A DNA stretch of 44,175 nt, taken from positions 1 through 44,175 of IMG/VR virus record IMGVR_UViG_3300029715_000022; one strand, 5' to 3'. This document shows, one piece after another, positions 42,013 to 44,175 of the stretch. Each line of letters opens with the position of its first letter. The first letter of the stretch is position 1. Both the position numbers and the translations under genes were made by a program. The notes beneath the pieces were generated by a model. That model was not told the origin of the DNA. It saw nothing but the letters and a program-made list of their open reading frames with translations, and made no database searches. This DNA comes from a virus.

Positions 42013-42173
42013 ATATGGTATCACGCACGCGTGTGTTTCAAAAATCGCACGCATGCGTTACCCGTGTGTTCGGCTGTCAAGGTTCCCGTTTGTCGCCCTT
42101 CCGGCGGTTCCGGCGAGGCCCGATCCCCCGATCGGCCCCCGCCGCAGCCTCTGGCTGCGCTTATTTTATCCAT

Positions 42174-42192
42174 TTTGTGCATTCTGCACAAA
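42174..42192. promoter_or_regulatory. Operator-like 19-bp palindrome TTTGTGCA-ttc-TGCACAAA
   Basis: Perfect 8-bp arms. It overlaps a candidate minus-strand promoter (TTGTGC, 17 nt, TAAAAT) facing the Rep gene. A third TTTGTGCA copy lies at 42206-42213. Confidence 0.5.
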
Positions 42193-42232
42193 TTTCAACT
42201 TTATTTTTGTGCATGTTTTTTCTTGTACCCTC

Positions 42233-42261
42233 TTGACGTGCCACTCAATGAGTGGTATGAT
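42233..42261 (+). promoter_or_regulatory. Promoter of the plus-strand cassette, with a palindrome in the spacer
   Basis: TTGACG, 17 nt, TATGAT, with TGg upstream. The spacer holds the palindrome CCACTCA-a-TGAGTGG (42241-42255). Confidence 0.55.
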
Positions 42262-42337
42262 AAGACCACCAAGAGGAGCTATGCTCCAAACCACAAAGCC
42301 CGCGGCCACCGGCCGCACGAATTGAAAGGAGATCATC

Positions 42338-42973
42338 ATGGCAAAGCTCGAAAAGTATGGCCTGGGCCTCAAGGGCCTCAAAGCTGCATGCACGCGAACC
42401 AAAAACTGCCGTCCCTACTTCGGCGGCTATGGGGTCTATTACGATCGCCGCAACGACAAGGTCCTCACGACTCACTACCGGAACGAGGATACCTACCGTT
42501 GCAATAAGTATTCTGACAAGGACATCATCAATATTTGCTACACCACGGAGCCCATGACTATGCAGAGGATCGCGGACGCTATCCATGCCTGCACGGAACT
42601 TACCCTCACCCTCACGCAGCATCCCCGCGTCCCGGAGCGCTGCAGTATGCGCGGCCGGGTCTGGTTCGAGGCCGACGCTGTTGACGCTGACGGCCGCCAT
42701 TACATTGTCTTTTGGAATGTCGTCGATGCATCCTGCATGCACAGTCGCGATGACATCGACGGAGCTTACCTCGATTGGCGTCACCCTAACGCCGTTTCCG
42801 ACCCCGACGGAGATTTTATCGATAGCGTTTTAGCAGTCCGCGGCGTGGACGGCGAGACCTACTACCCCTACTACCCCATTGATCACTTCTGGCCTAAGCC
42901 TTGGGATTATCAGTTGGAGGAGCTCTATCCGCGGCTGGAAGCCAAAATCGAAGAATATATCTACGGGAGGTAA
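42338..42973 (+). CDS. Hypothetical protein (211 aa)
   Basis: GAAAGGAGA RBS. No domain recognised. The first third appears somewhat less GC-rich than the genome. Confidence 0.7.
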   Translation: MAKLEKYGLGLKGLKAACTRTKNCRPYFGGYGVYYDRRNDKVLTTHYRNEDTYRCNKYSDKDIINICYTTEPMTMQRIADAIHACTELTLTLTQHPRVPERCSMRGRVWFEADAVDADGRHYIVFWNVVDASCMHSRDDIDGAYLDWRHPNAVSDPDGDFIDSVLAVRGVDGETYYPYYPIDHFWPKPWDYQLEELYPRLEAKIEEYIYGR

Positions 42974-42978
42974 TCATC

Positions 42979-43359
42979 ATGACTATCAATCAGTACCGCT
43001 CCTGCATCGCCGAGGTATTTGCCTACGCCGAGCGCGATTTCTTCGTCTCCGATCTCGCGCTCTCCGAGATCTGGGGCGACGCCCCGGAGGCCCCCATCCC
43101 CGAATCCCGTATAGCCGCTCTCGGCCAGATCTGGGATGCCGCGCATCGTACCGTCCCAGAGATTGCAGCCGCCGCCGGTTTCAGTTGCCGCAAACTGGCG
43201 GAACGGTTTGGCATCCCGTACCGCACCGTCGAGCAGTGGTCGGCAGGGCATCGCGAGAGCGCCCTGTATCTCCGCCTGATGATGCAGGAGTGCCTCGGCC
43301 TCCTGCCCAGCCCGGATGCCCTGGCCCCGGCCGAGTCCGATCCCCCCGAGGAGGGCTGA
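42979..43359 (+). CDS. HTH protein with antitoxin/XRE-like C-terminal HTH (126 aa)
   Basis: GGGAGG RBS before the ATG at 42979. HTH segment FSCRKLAERFGIPYRTVEQWSAGHRES. Confidence 0.7.
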   Translation: MTINQYRSCIAEVFAYAERDFFVSDLALSEIWGDAPEAPIPESRIAALGQIWDAAHRTVPEIAAAAGFSCRKLAERFGIPYRTVEQWSAGHRESALYLRLMMQECLGLLPSPDALAPAESDPPEEG

Positions 43360-43460
43360 CTTTGCCTAATATCCTACCACCAAACCCGTGTCGGTTGCTG
43401 TCATCTTTCCGGCCGTTCCGCTCGGCCCCGCATCCCTGCGGCGCTGAGCGCAGCGCCCGT

Positions 43461-43499
43461 CCGGGAGCCTCCTGTGAGGCTCCCGGCTTTTTGTTTTTT
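43461..43499 (+). terminator. Rho-independent terminator of the plus-strand cassette
   Basis: Stem ccgggagcctc / gaggctcccgg, loop ctgt, then CTTTTTGTTTTTT. Confidence 0.8.
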
Positions 43500-43503
43500 A
43501 CGG

Positions 43504-43710
43504 CTACGGCAAATACCCCGCCGCCCGCATCGCCTCCGTGGAGATCGCGACTTTGGCGTCCATCACGTCCTCCCACCCGGCCTCTCCGTGCGCCGCCACG
43601 GCCAGCCGCGCGTCTGTCGGGCAGTAGGCCCGCTCCTCATATACGCGCCCGTCCCGCAGGATCACCTGCATCGGTACCGGCTCCGTAAAAAAATACTTGT
43701 CCCGCGCCAT
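43504..43710 (-). CDS. Hypothetical protein (68 aa), last gene of the early operon
   Basis: ORF packed tightly after 43712..44095. No domain recognised. Confidence 0.55.
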   Translation of the reverse strand: MARDKYFFTEPVPMQVILRDGRVYEERAYCPTDARLAVAAHGEAGWEDVMDAKVAISTEAMRAAGYLP

Positions 43711-43711
43711 C

Positions 43712-44095
43712 TCACAGCCCCTCCGGCAGCGGCGGCAGCCATCCGACGTTATCGCACCATCCGCGCAGCTTGCCGTATGACCCGTAGGCCTTGGCCCCGT
43801 TGTCCCATAGGTACCTCGCCAGCGCCTCGATCTCGTCGAGGCCCCAGCCCTCGAGGATCGGCTCCTCGGCCGCCTCTCGCGCTCGGGCGATCGCCAGCAG
43901 CTCCGCCCCGCTCTGCACGCCGCAGGCGCGCGGGATCGTCCGCCCCGCCGCCTCGCACGAGGCGCAGATCCATACCTGCGTCGGCTCCATCTCCCGCCCG
44001 CAGCACCGGCACAGGCGCGGCTTGTGCCGCCTCTGCCGGCCGCGCGTCCGCATCGGGTTCCGTACCCCCTTGCCCGAGTTTGCCATCTCCGTCAT
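43712..44095 (-). CDS. Zinc-ribbon-containing hypothetical protein (127 aa)
   Basis: Motif CRCCGREMEPTQVWICASC. The ATG at 44093-44095 overlaps the stop of gene 16..363 across the junction. Confidence 0.65.
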   Translation of the reverse strand: MTEMANSGKGVRNPMRTRGRQRRHKPRLCRCCGREMEPTQVWICASCEAAGRTIPRACGVQSGAELLAIARAREAAEEPILEGWGLDEIEALARYLWDNGAKAYGSYGKLRGWCDNVGWLPPLPEGL

Positions 44096-44175
44096 CTCCT
44101 CTTTTTTGTGTAGTCGATCTCCCGGATGTAGGGATGCCGCACGGCAAACGGCACCGTCGCCTCGCCAAAGATCTC
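44077..44175. repeat. Terminal overlap copy 2 (identical to 1-99)
   Basis: Same comparison as for 1-99. Confidence 0.95.

Larger units (their letters stand above)
1..44076. mobile_element. Complete temperate tailed-phage (prophage-type) genome, circularly closed
   Basis: Integrase, XRE repressor, terminase large and small subunits, portal-like, capsid-like, holin and amidase genes are all present. The window ends repeat each other exactly for 99 bp. Confidence 0.9.

Noticed and set aside
41998-42507. 169-aa plus-strand ORF spanning the Rep-upstream intergenic region into gene 42338..42973
   Set aside because: It crosses palindromes, promoters and a terminator-like hairpin. It has no RBS and overlaps a better-supported CDS in another frame.

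Overview
The window is a complete, circularly closed temperate tailed-phage genome. Bases 1-99 are identical to 44077-44175, so the unique length is 44,076 bp. GC content is high, and the AGGAGG-type ribosome-binding sites (RBS) and lysis genes point to a Gram-positive, Clostridia-like host. All functional calls come from reading the translations and DNA by eye; no searches were run.

Layout:
- (a) A plus-strand lysogeny block at 7516-10980 holds an XRE repressor, membrane proteins, a second HTH-TM protein and a tyrosine integrase. A candidate attP follows at 10981-11242.
- (b) A leftward early operon starts at a near-consensus promoter (7405-7433). It runs through position 1, across the contig junction, to 43504. 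It consists of many small ORFs plus a PAPS-reductase-like protein, a DUF4406-like protein and repeat proteins.
- (c) A small operator-controlled plus-strand cassette lies at 42338-43359.
- (d) A ~30-kb minus-strand operon spans 41933-11282. In order it encodes an HUH Rep-like initiator, a late regulator, TerS, a collagen-like tail fibre, a metallophosphoesterase-Big2 protein, a lysis cassette (amidase, XhlA-like, holin), scaffold, decoration protein, capsid, TerL, a 600-aa structural protein, a portal-like protein, a Q/N-rich protein and a 3273-aa giant protein. It ends with an insulated six-gene low-complexity cargo module.

I recognise no tail tube, sheath or tape-measure gene.

Most notable observations:
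- the six-gene Q/N/G/Cys-rich module next to attP;
- the giant protein with two HExxH motifs;
- a 24-nt element shared by two late-operon leaders;
- a TTTGTGCA operator family at three intergenic loci;
- a Rep-adjacent cluster of alternating purine-pyrimidine palindromes.

The long plus-strand ORFs antisense to the minus-strand genes are high-GC artefacts.
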